A DNA stretch of 64,000 nucleotides. Origin: Candidatus Omnitrophota bacterium. Lineage in GTDB: Bacteria > Omnitrophota > Gorgyraeia > Gygaellales > Profunditerraquicolaceae. Shown one piece after another: positions 36,893-46,421 of the stretch. The notes under the pieces were generated by a model. The model did not search any database, was not told the origin of the DNA, and saw only the letters and a program-made list of their open reading frames with translations. A program made the translations under genes and the position numbers. How positions within the stretch are numbered: the stretch's first letter is position 1; the number at the start of each line of letters is the position of its first letter. The stretch is from the NCBI GenBank assembly GCA_042570405.1, contig JBHPGR010000003.1, positions 679-64,678 on the forward strand, given 5' to 3'.

Positions 36893-37450
36893 TTGAAGAA
36901 GATCGTCATCGCCTTGTTCGCCCTGCTGATCCTGCCGCTTAATTGCTGTCTCTTTGCAGAGGAAGAGGTTGATGTCCAATATTCAGACGGAATAATCAGT
37001 ATCCCCTTTGGCAAGACTGAGAAGTATGCGAATGTCTTTGTCAAGAGGGTGATTGACGGAGATACTATACTCTTGCAGAGCGGCGAGAGGGTGCGCCTCC
37101 TGGGAATAGATACACCCGAGATGCACGAATCAAGCAAGCTGCACAGGGATAGCCGCAGGAGCGGACAGGATCTGGCTACGATCAAGAAGCTGGGCAGGCG
37201 CTCCTATGAGTTTGTCAGAAAGCTCATCGAAGGTAAACGCGTCAGCCTGGAGTTTGACGTGGAGAAGCGCGATCAGTACGGCAGGCTCCTGGCCTACGTT
37301 TTTTTAAAGGACGGCACCTTTGTCAACGCTAAGATCGTAGAAGAAGGCTATGCCTCCTTGATGACTTATCCCCCAAACGTGAAATATGCGAATTCATTAT
37401 TAAAGTTATACCGGCAGGCGCGTAAAGAGAGGCGTGGCCTGTGGAAGTAA
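36893..37450 (+). CDS. secreted thermonuclease (SNase / micrococcal nuclease-like)
   Basis: Signal peptide. V.RV.DGDT, RLLGIDTPE and YGR.LAYV motifs. TTG start. Confidence 0.85.
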   Translation: MKKIVIALFALLILPLNCCLFAEEEVDVQYSDGIISIPFGKTEKYANVFVKRVIDGDTILLQSGERVRLLGIDTPEMHESSKLHRDSRRSGQDLATIKKLGRRSYEFVRKLIEGKRVSLEFDVEKRDQYGRLLAYVFLKDGTFVNAKIVEEGYASLMTYPPNVKYANSLLKLYRQARKERRGLWK

Positions 37451-37467
37451 ATAAAAGGAGGTAAAAG

Positions 37468-38508
37468 ATGTTGAGGTGTTTGACCGCAGGGGAATCGCAC
37501 GGAAGGGGACTGGTCGCGATCTTAGACGGCATGCCCGCAGGGCTTAAGATAAAGCTTGATAAGATCAACCAGGAGTTGAAACGCCGCCAGCAGGGTTTTG
37601 GCCGCGGCAAGCGCATGAAGATCGAAAAGGACAAGGCGCAGATCTTATCCGGGCTAAAAGGTGGTATTGCCCTGGGCAGCCCGATCGCGCTATTGATAGA
37701 GAATAAGGATTTCAGTATTGAGAAGCTAAAAAAAGTTGTCTCCCCCCGCCCCGGACATGCGGATCTGGCAGGTTACCTGAAGTACGGGGTATCTGATATA
37801 AGGGAGGTGTTGGAGCGCGCCTCAGCCAGGAGTACGGCCACTACCGTAGGGATCGGTGCTCTCTGCAAGATACTCCTGGCTGAATTTAAGGTCAGGATAT
37901 CTAGCCGCGTGATCTCCGTCGGCGGTAAGACCAGGGCGGCGGGGATGAAGGCGAGGATCAGGGAGGCGATAGCTAAGAAGGATACTGTAGGAGGTATCTT
38001 TGAAGTGATCGCCAAGGGTGTGCCTGCAGGCCTGGGAAGTTATGCGCAATCAGATAGGCGCCTGGATGGTAAGCTTGCCCAGAGCGTAATTTCTCTGCCG
38101 GGGATCAAGGCAGTAGAGATCGGCTTAGGGTTCGGTTATGCCGATAAGTTCGGCTCAGAGGTCCATGATGCGATATACTATAGTAAGCTTAAGGGATTTC
38201 ACCATAAGATCAATAATGCCGGTGGCATCGAGGGCGGGATATCAAACGGAGAAGATATCATCGTGCGCGCTTGTATGAAACCTATATCTACCCTTAGGGA
38301 GCCTTTGGCTTCCGTGAATATAGCCACTAAGAAGCCTGCCAAGGCAGCGGTTGAGCGCTCCGATACCTGTGTTGTGCAGGCAGCGGGTGTCGTCGCTGAA
38401 TCGGCGGCTGCTTTTGTCATTGCCGATTGCCTGCTTGAGAAATTCGGCGCCGACTCTTTATCGGATATAAAGAAGGCCTTTGCTGCGTATCTTGCGAGAA
38501 TAAAATAA
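37468..38508 (+). CDS. aroC: chorismate synthase
   Basis: LTAGESHG, RPGHAD, SARSTA and ERSD.C motifs. Confidence 0.95.
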   Translation: MLRCLTAGESHGRGLVAILDGMPAGLKIKLDKINQELKRRQQGFGRGKRMKIEKDKAQILSGLKGGIALGSPIALLIENKDFSIEKLKKVVSPRPGHADLAGYLKYGVSDIREVLERASARSTATTVGIGALCKILLAEFKVRISSRVISVGGKTRAAGMKARIREAIAKKDTVGGIFEVIAKGVPAGLGSYAQSDRRLDGKLAQSVISLPGIKAVEIGLGFGYADKFGSEVHDAIYYSKLKGFHHKINNAGGIEGGISNGEDIIVRACMKPISTLREPLASVNIATKKPAKAAVERSDTCVVQAAGVVAESAAAFVIADCLLEKFGADSLSDIKKAFAAYLARIK

Positions 38509-38564
38509 TCCGGTTAGAAGATCATTTTCCTTTCGTCTATTGATAGCGGAAGGAGGTGATCGAG

Positions 38565-38819
38565 ATGGCGCAAGAGAGTTTAAAGGTAGTACGGCTGCAC
38601 CGCTTTGAGGGCGATTCAAAGGTCAAGGCCTTTGTAGATGTGTCAGTCGGAGATTTTATCGTCAAGGGCCTGCGCATCCTGGATGGCAAAAAGGGCTTAT
38701 TTTTAGCCATGCCTCAGGAGAAGGCCAAGGACGGCAAGTGGTATAGCAGCTTTTACCCGGCCACCGACGAGGCAAGAAGCGAGCTCAGCGATCTGGTATT
38801 GGCTGCATATCAGCAGTAA
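38565..38819 (+). CDS. spoVG: SpoVG family protein
   Basis: KAFVDVS.GDF.VKGLR...G..GLF.AMP motif. ATG 38565 lies 8 nt after AGGAGG. Confidence 0.85.
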   Translation: MAQESLKVVRLHRFEGDSKVKAFVDVSVGDFIVKGLRILDGKKGLFLAMPQEKAKDGKWYSSFYPATDEARSELSDLVLAAYQQ

Positions 38820-38890
38820 TTTGTGAAAAGAAGAAGCCCCATTCCCGGTTATCCGTAGGAGATTCTCCCGCTATCCGGGCGTGGGGCAAT

Positions 38891-38919
38891 TTGACATATG
38901 GCTAACTATATGTTAAACT
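38891..38919 (+). promoter_or_regulatory. sigma70-type promoter positioned for a leaderless aroK mRNA
   Basis: TTGACA, 17 nt spacer, TAAACT, then 7 nt to ATG 38927. No SD. Confidence 0.55.
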
Positions 38920-38926
38920 TGCGGAT

Positions 38927-39496
38927 ATGAAAAAGAGGTCTAAAAACGTTTACTTAGTCGGCTTTATGGGCACTGGTAAGTCCTGCGTGGGCAGGGAGCT
39001 TGCTAAGCAGAAGAAGATGCGCTTCCTTGATTTAGATCAGTTGATCGAGCGCGGGGAGGGGAAGTCTATCTCTGAGATCTTCGCTCAAAGGGGTGAGCCG
39101 TATTTCCGCTCGCAAGAAAAGCTCCTCTTAAGGGGTGTGGCCAGAAAGACCGGGTATGTGGTTGCCTGCGGCGGCGGGATCGTGATCAATGAAGAAAATA
39201 TCAAAACCATGAAGAATACCGGCACGATCATCTGTCTGAGTGCGACCCCGGCGGTTATCCTGCATCGCACAAGCGCCTATAAGCACAGGCCTTTATTAAA
39301 TGTCGCCGATTCCAAGAAGAGGATCGCGCAATTGTTGAGATTACGTGCTCCCTTTTATGCCCTTGCCAATAAGACGGTAGATACCTCCAGGCTTTGCATA
39401 GGTGCGGTGGTAAAGAAGATCCTTAGGTTGACGGTAGCAAAAAGAAAGAGAAGAGCAGCTAAGAAGGAAAGAGGCTCAGGTAAGAGAAAATCATGA
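38927..39496 (+). CDS. aroK: shikimate kinase with a basic C-terminal tail
   Basis: LVGFMGTGKS.VG, FLDLD and GGG motifs. Tail is KRKRRAAKKERGSGKRKS. Confidence 0.9.
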   Translation: MKKRSKNVYLVGFMGTGKSCVGRELAKQKKMRFLDLDQLIERGEGKSISEIFAQRGEPYFRSQEKLLLRGVARKTGYVVACGGGIVINEENIKTMKNTGTIICLSATPAVILHRTSAYKHRPLLNVADSKKRIAQLLRLRAPFYALANKTVDTSRLCIGAVVKKILRLTVAKRKRRAAKKERGSGKRKS

Positions 39497-40602
39497 CGCG
39501 CCTTGAGGCTTTAGTCGGTTTAAATCTGGTTGGCGAGATCGGAGGTATCCGGCTTAATAAACTACTGAGGTATTGCGGCGGTCATGAGGATATCCTTAAA
39601 AGCCCTTGCGCTAAGTTAGCGGGGATCTTTGGGATCGGAGAGCGCATCGCGCAAAAGATAAGATCGATTAAACTTCAGGACATAGACAGGGAGTTCTCCT
39701 TAGCGGGCGAACTGGGGCTGAAGATCGTGACTTTAGAGGATGCGGTTTATCCGCAGAATCTAAAAGAGATACCTGATCCGCCGATAGTCCTGTATGTTTT
39801 GGGGCAGCTGCAAAAAGATGATTCAGATTCTCTGGCTATCGTCGGCAGCCGCCGCGCTTCTTTTTATGGATTAAGTTGCGCAGAAAAATTTGCCGGTGAT
39901 TTATCCGCTTACGGGATCACCGTAGTCTCCGGGATGGCGCGCGGAATCGATACTTCTGCCCATAAGGGAGCTTTAAAGGCCGGCGGCCGCACGATTGCAG
40001 TGATCGGCAGCGGATTTAAGCATATTTATCCTCCGGAGAATAAAGGTTTAGCGGGTCAGATCGCCGGCAGCGGCGCTGTGATCTCTGAATTTCCGATGGA
40101 CGCAAGGCCTCTGCCGCAGAACTTTCCGCGCAGGAACCGTATTATCAGTGGTTTAAGCAAGGGTGTCTTAGTAGTCGAGGCCGCCCGCAATAGCGGCGCC
40201 CTGATCACTGCGGATTTTGCACTGGAGCAGGGGCGTGATGTCTTCGCTCTTCCGGGCAAGGTAGATTCCGGCACATCTTTAGGCACTAACGGCCTGATCC
40301 AGCAAGGAGCAAAGCTTGTATCCTGCGTCGAGGATATTGTCGAAGAGTTCGCACCTTATCTTAGGTTTCTAAGAGTCAAGAATGAGGAAGCACTTCCCAA
40401 AGAGGCCCTCAGGAACAGATTAAAAGATCTCTCGCTTGAAGAATCCGCGCTCTATGAGCTGATCGCAAAAGACCCGACCCCTCTGGATGAGATCAGCGAG
40501 AAGTCGCAGCTTGATATCCCGGTGATTTCAGAACTCGTATTGCGGCTACAGATTACAGGCTTGATCCGGCAGCTTCCGGGTCAACAATTTATAAGGAATT
40601 AA
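39493..40602 (+). CDS. dprA: DNA processing protein DprA
   Basis: AIVGSRR.S.YG, SGMARGID and NR.ISGLS motifs. Confidence 0.9.
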   Translation: MTRLEALVGLNLVGEIGGIRLNKLLRYCGGHEDILKSPCAKLAGIFGIGERIAQKIRSIKLQDIDREFSLAGELGLKIVTLEDAVYPQNLKEIPDPPIVLYVLGQLQKDDSDSLAIVGSRRASFYGLSCAEKFAGDLSAYGITVVSGMARGIDTSAHKGALKAGGRTIAVIGSGFKHIYPPENKGLAGQIAGSGAVISEFPMDARPLPQNFPRRNRIISGLSKGVLVVEAARNSGALITADFALEQGRDVFALPGKVDSGTSLGTNGLIQQGAKLVSCVEDIVEEFAPYLRFLRVKNEEALPKEALRNRLKDLSLEESALYELIAKDPTPLDEISEKSQLDIPVISELVLRLQITGLIRQLPGQQFIRN

Positions 40603-40603
40603 T

Positions 40604-42583
40604 ATGAAAAAGATTAAACACCTGGTGATAGTGGAATCTCCGACCAAGGCAAAGACTTTAGGTAAGATATTAGGTAAGGAGTTTTCGGTTACCTCCTCCA
40701 TGGGGCATCTGATCGACCTGCCTAAGAAGGACCTGGGGGTGGATGTTGATAATGATTTTGCGCCGCATTATGTGGTGATCTTTGGGAGGAAGAAGATGGT
40801 CACCGCGCTGAAGAAAGAAGCTAAGGGCAAGGACATTATCTATGTCGCTACCGACCCGGACCGCGAGGGGGAGGCGATCGGCTGGCACCTTAAGGATAAA
40901 GTATTTAAGGATAAGGCATTTAAGGATAAAAAGGTATTGCGCGTCTACTTTCATGAGTTTACTCCCGCTGCGGTCAAGGAAGCCTTCAGCAAGCCGCGCG
41001 ATTTCGACCTTAATATGATCGAAGCCCAGGTGAGCCGCCGGATCATGGACAGGATCGTGGGCTATTTCTTAAGTCCTCTGCTCTGGAGGAAGATCGCCCG
41101 GGGCTTAAGCGCCGGCAGAGTGCAGTCCGTGGTCTTACGGTTGATCATCGAGCGAGAGAAGGAGATCAAGAAGTTTATTCCTAAAGAATACTGGCAGATA
41201 GAGGCGCAGCTGAAGAAGAATATTCCGCATGCTCATGCCTTTACGGCAAGACTGGATAAGGTCAAGGGAGAGAAGCATGAGGTAAAGACTCAGGCAGAAG
41301 CACGGAGGATAGTCGAAGATATAGACAAGAAAGAAATCCGGGTATTAGACGTTAAGGCAGCTGAGAAGAAGCGCAATCCTCTCCCGCCCTTTATCACCAG
41401 CACTCTACAGCAGGATGCCTTTAATAAGCTAAGGTTTAATGCCAACCGGACGATGCAGATAGCCCAGCAGCTCTATGAAGGTATTGATATCGATAAGAGC
41501 GGTCCTGTGGGCCTGATCACCTATATGCGTACTGATTCTACGCGGGTCTCAGCCGAGGCGATCAAGGAGGTAAGGGGTCTGATCACTCAGCGGTTCGGCA
41601 ACGATTATCTGCCGGAGAAACCTAATCTTTACAAGGTAAAGAAGCACGCGCAGGAGGCGCACGAGGCTATACGCCCTACATTCCTCTTGCGTCCACCTGA
41701 GACCTTGACTACTCTCCTTACCCCCGAACAATACAAATTATACGAACTGATCTATAATAGATTTATCGCCAGTCAGATGAATCCGGCGCGTTATTCTGTG
41801 GTTTCCGCCCAGATCTCAGCCGGTGAGTATCTCTTTGTGGCTTCAGGCAGCACTCTTGTCTTCGAAGGCTTTACCGCAGTTTACGGTAAAGATAAGGATG
41901 ATCAGGAGGGTAAGAAGGTGCCGCCCCTGGAGAAGGATGAGATCCTTCATTTAGTTAAGCTTATTCCTTCACAGCACTTTACCAAGGCTCCTCCCAGGTA
42001 TTCAGACAGTTCTCTGGTCAAGGCGCTGGAAGAGGATGGCGTGGGAAGGCCTTCGACTTACGCGCCGATCATCTATACCCTGATCAGGCGCGATTATGCC
42101 CGCAGGATAAAGGGGTACTTTCATCCTACGGAATTGGGTTTTAAGGTCTGTGAGATGCTTATCGAGTATTTCCCCAAGGTCATGGATATTAAGTTTACGG
42201 CATTCATGGAAGAGGAGCTCGATGAGATCGAAGAAGGGAATCTTAAGAGGGCAAAGGTGCTGCAGGATTTCTACCTACCCTTTAAGGCAAACCTTGATTT
42301 TGCCCAGGAGAATATAAAGAAGGAAGTCATAGAGTCGGATGAGACCTGTGAGACCTGTGGTAAGCCGATGATCGTAAAATGGGGCAGGAAAGGAAAGTTT
42401 TTAAGCTGTTCCGATTATCCTACCTGTAAGTTCTCCAAATCTATCACCAGCGGCGTTAAATGTCCTGAGGCCGAATGCGGGGGAGAACTGATCGAGCGCC
42501 GCTCAAGAAGGGGTTTCTTCTTCGGATGCTCCAACTTCCCCAAGTGCCGGTTTACCTCCAGGGATCTGCCGCAGGATCAATAA
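40604..42583 (+). CDS. topA: DNA topoisomerase I
   Basis: Toprim LVIVESP.KAKT, ATDPDREGEAI, active-site YMRTDS, and C-terminal C4 zinc ribbons. Confidence 0.95.
   Translation: MKKIKHLVIVESPTKAKTLGKILGKEFSVTSSMGHLIDLPKKDLGVDVDNDFAPHYVVIFGRKKMVTALKKEAKGKDIIYVATDPDREGEAIGWHLKDKVFKDKAFKDKKVLRVYFHEFTPAAVKEAFSKPRDFDLNMIEAQVSRRIMDRIVGYFLSPLLWRKIARGLSAGRVQSVVLRLIIEREKEIKKFIPKEYWQIEAQLKKNIPHAHAFTARLDKVKGEKHEVKTQAEARRIVEDIDKKEIRVLDVKAAEKKRNPLPPFITSTLQQDAFNKLRFNANRTMQIAQQLYEGIDIDKSGPVGLITYMRTDSTRVSAEAIKEVRGLITQRFGNDYLPEKPNLYKVKKHAQEAHEAIRPTFLLRPPETLTTLLTPEQYKLYELIYNRFIASQMNPARYSVVSAQISAGEYLFVASGSTLVFEGFTAVYGKDKDDQEGKKVPPLEKDEILHLVKLIPSQHFTKAPPRYSDSSLVKALEEDGVGRPSTYAPIIYTLIRRDYARRIKGYFHPTELGFKVCEMLIEYFPKVMDIKFTAFMEEELDEIEEGNLKRAKVLQDFYLPFKANLDFAQENIKKEVIESDETCETCGKPMIVKWGRKGKFLSCSDYPTCKFSKSITSGVKCPEAECGGELIERRSRRGFFFGCSNFPKCRFTSRDLPQDQ
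40892..40936 (+). repeat. three 15-nt tandem units (AAGGATAArGyATTT) in topA
   Basis: Encodes KDKVFKDKAFKDKKV. Read directly. Confidence 0.8.
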
Positions 42584-43443
42584 TGGAAAGATATATAGAT
42601 AAGTTTACCAGGTATCTGGAGATAGAGAAGAATTATTCCAGGCATACGATCCTTAATTACCGTCTGGACCTTGAGGATTTTAAAGATTTTCTTCAAGGCA
42701 AACAGGTCGAATCCGTCGATTATCTCTTCCTGCGCAAATATCTGGCCGCACTCAAGGAGAGGGGCTTAAGTAACCGTACAGTATCCCGGCGGATATCATC
42801 GTTACGCTCCTTCTTTAAATTTCTTACCCGGGAGAACTATCTTAAAAGTAATCCCATCGTCAGCCTTTCCAGCCCCAAACTGGATAAGCACCTGCCCTCT
42901 TTTCTGACGGAGGATGAGGTCTCTAAATTGATCGGGGCAGTTATCCCTAAAGATGAAGCGGGGTTACGCGACCGGACAGTGCTTGAGACATTTTACAGCA
43001 CGGGGATCAGGATCTCGGAGCTTGTCGGTTTAAATGTAGATGATCTGGATTTGATCGGCTGCATAGTCAAGGTCAGGGGTAAGGGTAAGAAGGAGCGGGT
43101 GGTGCCGATCGGGGATAAGGCTGTTTCGGCGATCAGGGAGTATCTGGATAAACGCAAGAAAAAGACCGAGGTGCTTTTTTTGAATAAGAGCGGCAGCCGG
43201 ATAAGCGACAGGGGCGTTAGGAATATCATCAAAAAATATATCCGCCTTACCAGCATAAAGCAGGACGTCTCTGCGCACACCTTAAGGCATTCCTTTGCCA
43301 CGCACCTTTTAAACCGCGGAGCGGATTTGCGAAGCGTCCAAGAGCTCTTAGGACATGCGAATCTCTCTACGACGCAGATATATACACATCTTACTACGGA
43401 GAAATTAAAGAACGTTTACGATAAGGCGCATCCGCGCGCCTAG
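42583..43443 (+). CDS. xerC: tyrosine recombinase XerC/XerD
   Basis: SAHTLRHSFATHLL..GADLR..QELLGH....TQIYTH. Start at ATG 42583, overlapping the topA TAA. dprA-topA-xerC context. Confidence 0.9.
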   Translation: MERYIDKFTRYLEIEKNYSRHTILNYRLDLEDFKDFLQGKQVESVDYLFLRKYLAALKERGLSNRTVSRRISSLRSFFKFLTRENYLKSNPIVSLSSPKLDKHLPSFLTEDEVSKLIGAVIPKDEAGLRDRTVLETFYSTGIRISELVGLNVDDLDLIGCIVKVRGKGKKERVVPIGDKAVSAIREYLDKRKKKTEVLFLNKSGSRISDRGVRNIIKKYIRLTSIKQDVSAHTLRHSFATHLLNRGADLRSVQELLGHANLSTTQIYTHLTTEKLKNVYDKAHPRA

Positions 43444-43559
43444 TACCTCGTTAAATAAATTTTGACGAGTTTTACTCGGTACAGTGCCGAGTCAACCTTG
43501 TAAAGAAAACTAATAAGAATTTCATTGACGAGGCACTAGGCCGCATAAAGCAAAACGAT

Positions 43560-44840
43560 ATGTTCATATTCTACGATCTTATATACCTTATATTTATAAT
43601 CTTCTACCTGTCGGTTTCCCTGTTAAAGGGGAAGAGGTATCCCGGCATTAAGTTACGCCTAGGGATCTTGCCTAAGGGCGTATTGCTGGATGGGCCGGTC
43701 TGGATACACGCGGTAAGCGTGGGTGAGGCCATGGCGGTCAGGCAGCTCCTGGAGGCGTTAAGGAAAGTCTACCCTAAGAAAAATTTTGTCATCTCAACGG
43801 TAACACCCACCGGTAATAAGATCGCGAAAACCCTTGCCGGGCCCCAGGATTTCGTCACTTACCTGCCCATGGATCTTGGTTTTATCGTACATAAAGTCAT
43901 CTCCAGGGTAAGGCCCTCTTTATTTATTATCGTCGAGACCGAAGTCTGGCCGAATCTGATCTCCTGTCTGCACAGAAAAAAGATACCTATCGCGGTAGTG
44001 AACGGCCGGATATCTGATAGTTCCTTCAAGGGGTATTCACGGATAAAACTTCTGATCAGGATGGTATTAAGGAAGGTGGATCTGTTTTGCGTACAGACAG
44101 AGAGAGATAAAGACAGGTTGATCAGCCTCGGCGTGGATAGAGGCAATATCCAGGCGACCGGAAATATGAAGTTTGATAATCTGATTTTCGACGAGGAGAA
44201 GGTCACTGGATCAGTAGATAAGTACAGGCACCTTTTGGGGATCACTAAAGATGAGAAATTGTTGCTGGCAGGCAGTACCCATCCGGGGGAAGAAGAGATC
44301 ATCTTAAATACATATAAGAACTTATTGGGAGATTTTCCTGATTTGAGGCTTTTGATCGCTCCGCGTCATCCTGAGCGGTCAGCCCAGATAGCCGGGTTAA
44401 TAGAGAAGTACGGGTTTGAGCCAGAGAGGATCAGCCTGCTTGAGGATGAATCAGAGACGCGCCTGGGCAAAAAGATGGTCTTTGTATTGGATACTATCGG
44501 GCAGTTGATCTATTTCTACGCCCTGGCCGATATCGTCTTTGTCGGGGGTAGCCTGACTAAGAAGGGCGGCCAGAATATCCTTGAGCCGACATCATTGGGA
44601 AAGCCGGTGATCTGCGGCCCGCATATGTTTAACTTCCGCGATATCGCGGATCTGTTTATAAGTAAGGATGCTATTCTTCTGGCGCGTGATCAGGAGGAGT
44701 TGTCCTTAAGGATAAGCTCTCTCTTAAAGGATCCCTCCCTGGTAAGCGCCTTAGCCGGGAAAGCCAAAGCGATCATCTCCAAGAACCGGGGCGCAACAGC
44801 TAAAAACCTGGATTTTATCACCAAGAGTATCACTATATGA
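43560..44840 (+). CDS. waaA: 3-deoxy-D-manno-octulosonic acid transferase
   Basis: WIHAVSVGE, PRHPER and the remembered GGSL...GG.N.LEP motifs. Confidence 0.9.
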   Translation: MFIFYDLIYLIFIIFYLSVSLLKGKRYPGIKLRLGILPKGVLLDGPVWIHAVSVGEAMAVRQLLEALRKVYPKKNFVISTVTPTGNKIAKTLAGPQDFVTYLPMDLGFIVHKVISRVRPSLFIIVETEVWPNLISCLHRKKIPIAVVNGRISDSSFKGYSRIKLLIRMVLRKVDLFCVQTERDKDRLISLGVDRGNIQATGNMKFDNLIFDEEKVTGSVDKYRHLLGITKDEKLLLAGSTHPGEEEIILNTYKNLLGDFPDLRLLIAPRHPERSAQIAGLIEKYGFEPERISLLEDESETRLGKKMVFVLDTIGQLIYFYALADIVFVGGSLTKKGGQNILEPTSLGKPVICGPHMFNFRDIADLFISKDAILLARDQEELSLRISSLLKDPSLVSALAGKAKAIISKNRGATAKNLDFITKSITI

Positions 44841-46003
44841 AAAATATACATAAGATATTTTTAGTTTTTTTGTTTATCTGCATCTTTTCGCAAGGCACGA
44901 ATCTTTATGCCCAGGCCCGCAGATTGATAATCTTTGAATCACCGAGCTGTTCCAGTTGCGCGCAGGTAAAAAGTGAGTTGATTCCGCAGATAGAAAAGGA
45001 GTTCGGTTCCAGGATTACCATCGAGCACCGCGATATAGGTATTCCTGAAAACTATAAGCTGCTGCTGGGACTCTTAAGTAAGTATGATGCAGAGATAAAA
45101 GATACCCTGCCGACGGTTTACTTCCAGGGGAGATTTTTGGTCGGGAAAGAGGATGTAAACGGTGGATTGGCATCCTTGATCAGGGCTGCTTTAGGGGTTG
45201 CGCCGCTTTCAGACGAGGGGTTACCCCCTGTGGATATAGTTTCAAGGTTTCTTGCCTTCAGTCCCCTGGCAGTGACGAGCGCCGGGCTGATCGACGGGAT
45301 CAACCCCTGTGCCTTTACAGTGATCGTTTTCTTTATCTCCTTCCTTGCCCTACAGGGTTACAGGAAGAGGCAGTTGATCGTTATCGGAAGCTCCTTTATC
45401 TGCGTTGTCTTCCTGACTTATCTTTTGATCGGTTTAGGGCTTTTTACATTTCTTTACCGTTTGAGCAGCTTCTGGGTCCTGGCAAGGTTGATCAATTACC
45501 TGATTGGCGGGTTCAGTATCGCCCTGGGAGGATTTGCCCTTTATGATTTCTTTAATTTCCGCAGGAGAGGCGAGACTGAAGGGTTACTCTTGCAGCTTCC
45601 CCGGCCGGTCAAACGAAAGGTACAGGCATTGATCGGCTCACACTATAGAAAAGGCGGCCAGGGCGGTGAGCCGGCAATGATCACTACGCCGAAACTGATA
45701 TTGACCTCTATTATCACTGCATTCCTGGTTTCGATACTGGAGGCAGTCTGCACCGGACAGGTATATTTACCGACGATCACGCTGGTCTTAAAGACCACCT
45801 CGCATAAGTTAAGCGCCTTGGGATATCTTTTAACATATAACTTTATGTTTATCCTTCCCTTGATAGTGATATTTGTTTTTGCTTTATTTGGCACAACCTC
45901 TGCGCAGTTCGCTAGCTACCTTAAGAAACACCTCTTGGGCATAAAACTGGCTATGGCGTTGCTATTCTTTGCCTTGGGCGGATTTTTGATTTGGGGGATT
46001 TGA
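44837..46003 (+). CDS. thioredoxin-like (CSSC) domain fused to a DsbD/CcdA-type transmembrane thiol-disulfide transporter
   Basis: Signal peptide, CxxC, then GINPCAF..-type TM core with a second conserved Cys (EAVCTGQ). Confidence 0.6.
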   Translation: MKNIHKIFLVFLFICIFSQGTNLYAQARRLIIFESPSCSSCAQVKSELIPQIEKEFGSRITIEHRDIGIPENYKLLLGLLSKYDAEIKDTLPTVYFQGRFLVGKEDVNGGLASLIRAALGVAPLSDEGLPPVDIVSRFLAFSPLAVTSAGLIDGINPCAFTVIVFFISFLALQGYRKRQLIVIGSSFICVVFLTYLLIGLGLFTFLYRLSSFWVLARLINYLIGGFSIALGGFALYDFFNFRRRGETEGLLLQLPRPVKRKVQALIGSHYRKGGQGGEPAMITTPKLILTSIITAFLVSILEAVCTGQVYLPTITLVLKTTSHKLSALGYLLTYNFMFILPLIVIFVFALFGTTSAQFASYLKKHLLGIKLAMALLFFALGGFLIWGI

Positions 46004-46401
46004 TGATGGGAAAAAAGTTATTCTTCTCGAGCTTGTTGTTATCCCTGGCTCTTTCGGTTACTGCCTGTCATTCGCAGGAGAAGCCTCCAGAGCCGCAGGA
46101 GGTCAAAGCATCTAATTCGTGGGATTTTGGGTCGGTAGGCGAGGGAGATATCCTGAGCCATGATTTCGCTTTGAAGAATAATTCTTCTAATAAATTGAGG
46201 ATCATAGATTTAAGGAACTCCTGTGAGTGTGTGAGTTCAAGTCTGAAGAAAGACGTGCTCGGGCCGCAAGAGAGTACGGTATTAGAAGTAAAAATTGATA
46301 CTACCGGTTATCCGGGAAGATTCAGCCAGTTTGTCCTGCTTTTTACGGATGACCCGGATAACGAGATCATCAAGTTTACGGTTACCGCTGGAATAAGGTA
46401 A
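46003..46401 (+). CDS. DUF1573 lipoprotein
   Basis: Lipobox ..SVTAC. WDFG.V..G....H.F...N.....L.I......C.C pattern. Confidence 0.7.
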   Translation: MMGKKLFFSSLLLSLALSVTACHSQEKPPEPQEVKASNSWDFGSVGEGDILSHDFALKNNSSNKLRIIDLRNSCECVSSSLKKDVLGPQESTVLEVKIDTTGYPGRFSQFVLLFTDDPDNEIIKFTVTAGIR

Positions 46402-46421
46402 TAGCCTGTGAGGATAAATAG

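Noticed and set aside
31520-37450. dCTP-deaminase-fold protein, macro::Nudix, SF2 helicase and secreted nuclease as a possible anti-phage defence island
   Set aside because: The genes are not in one operon and have mixed orientation, separated by repeats. The dUTPase-fold protein lacks the extra domains of known defensive dCTP deaminases. The nuclease is a signal-peptide SNase. No sensor/effector pairing is recognisable. These genes are treated individually instead.
38835-38888. Hairpin after spoVG (GCCCCA..CCCGG / CCGGG..TGGGGC) as an intrinsic terminator
   Set aside because: The stem is plausible but there is no U-run. It is followed directly by the aroK promoter. Left uncalled.
42583-43443. 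Tyrosine recombinase as a marker of an integrated mobile element
   Set aside because: It has a full XerC/XerD-type sequence in the common housekeeping dprA-topA-xerC context. There are no flanking att-like repeats enclosing cargo and no phage or plasmid genes.
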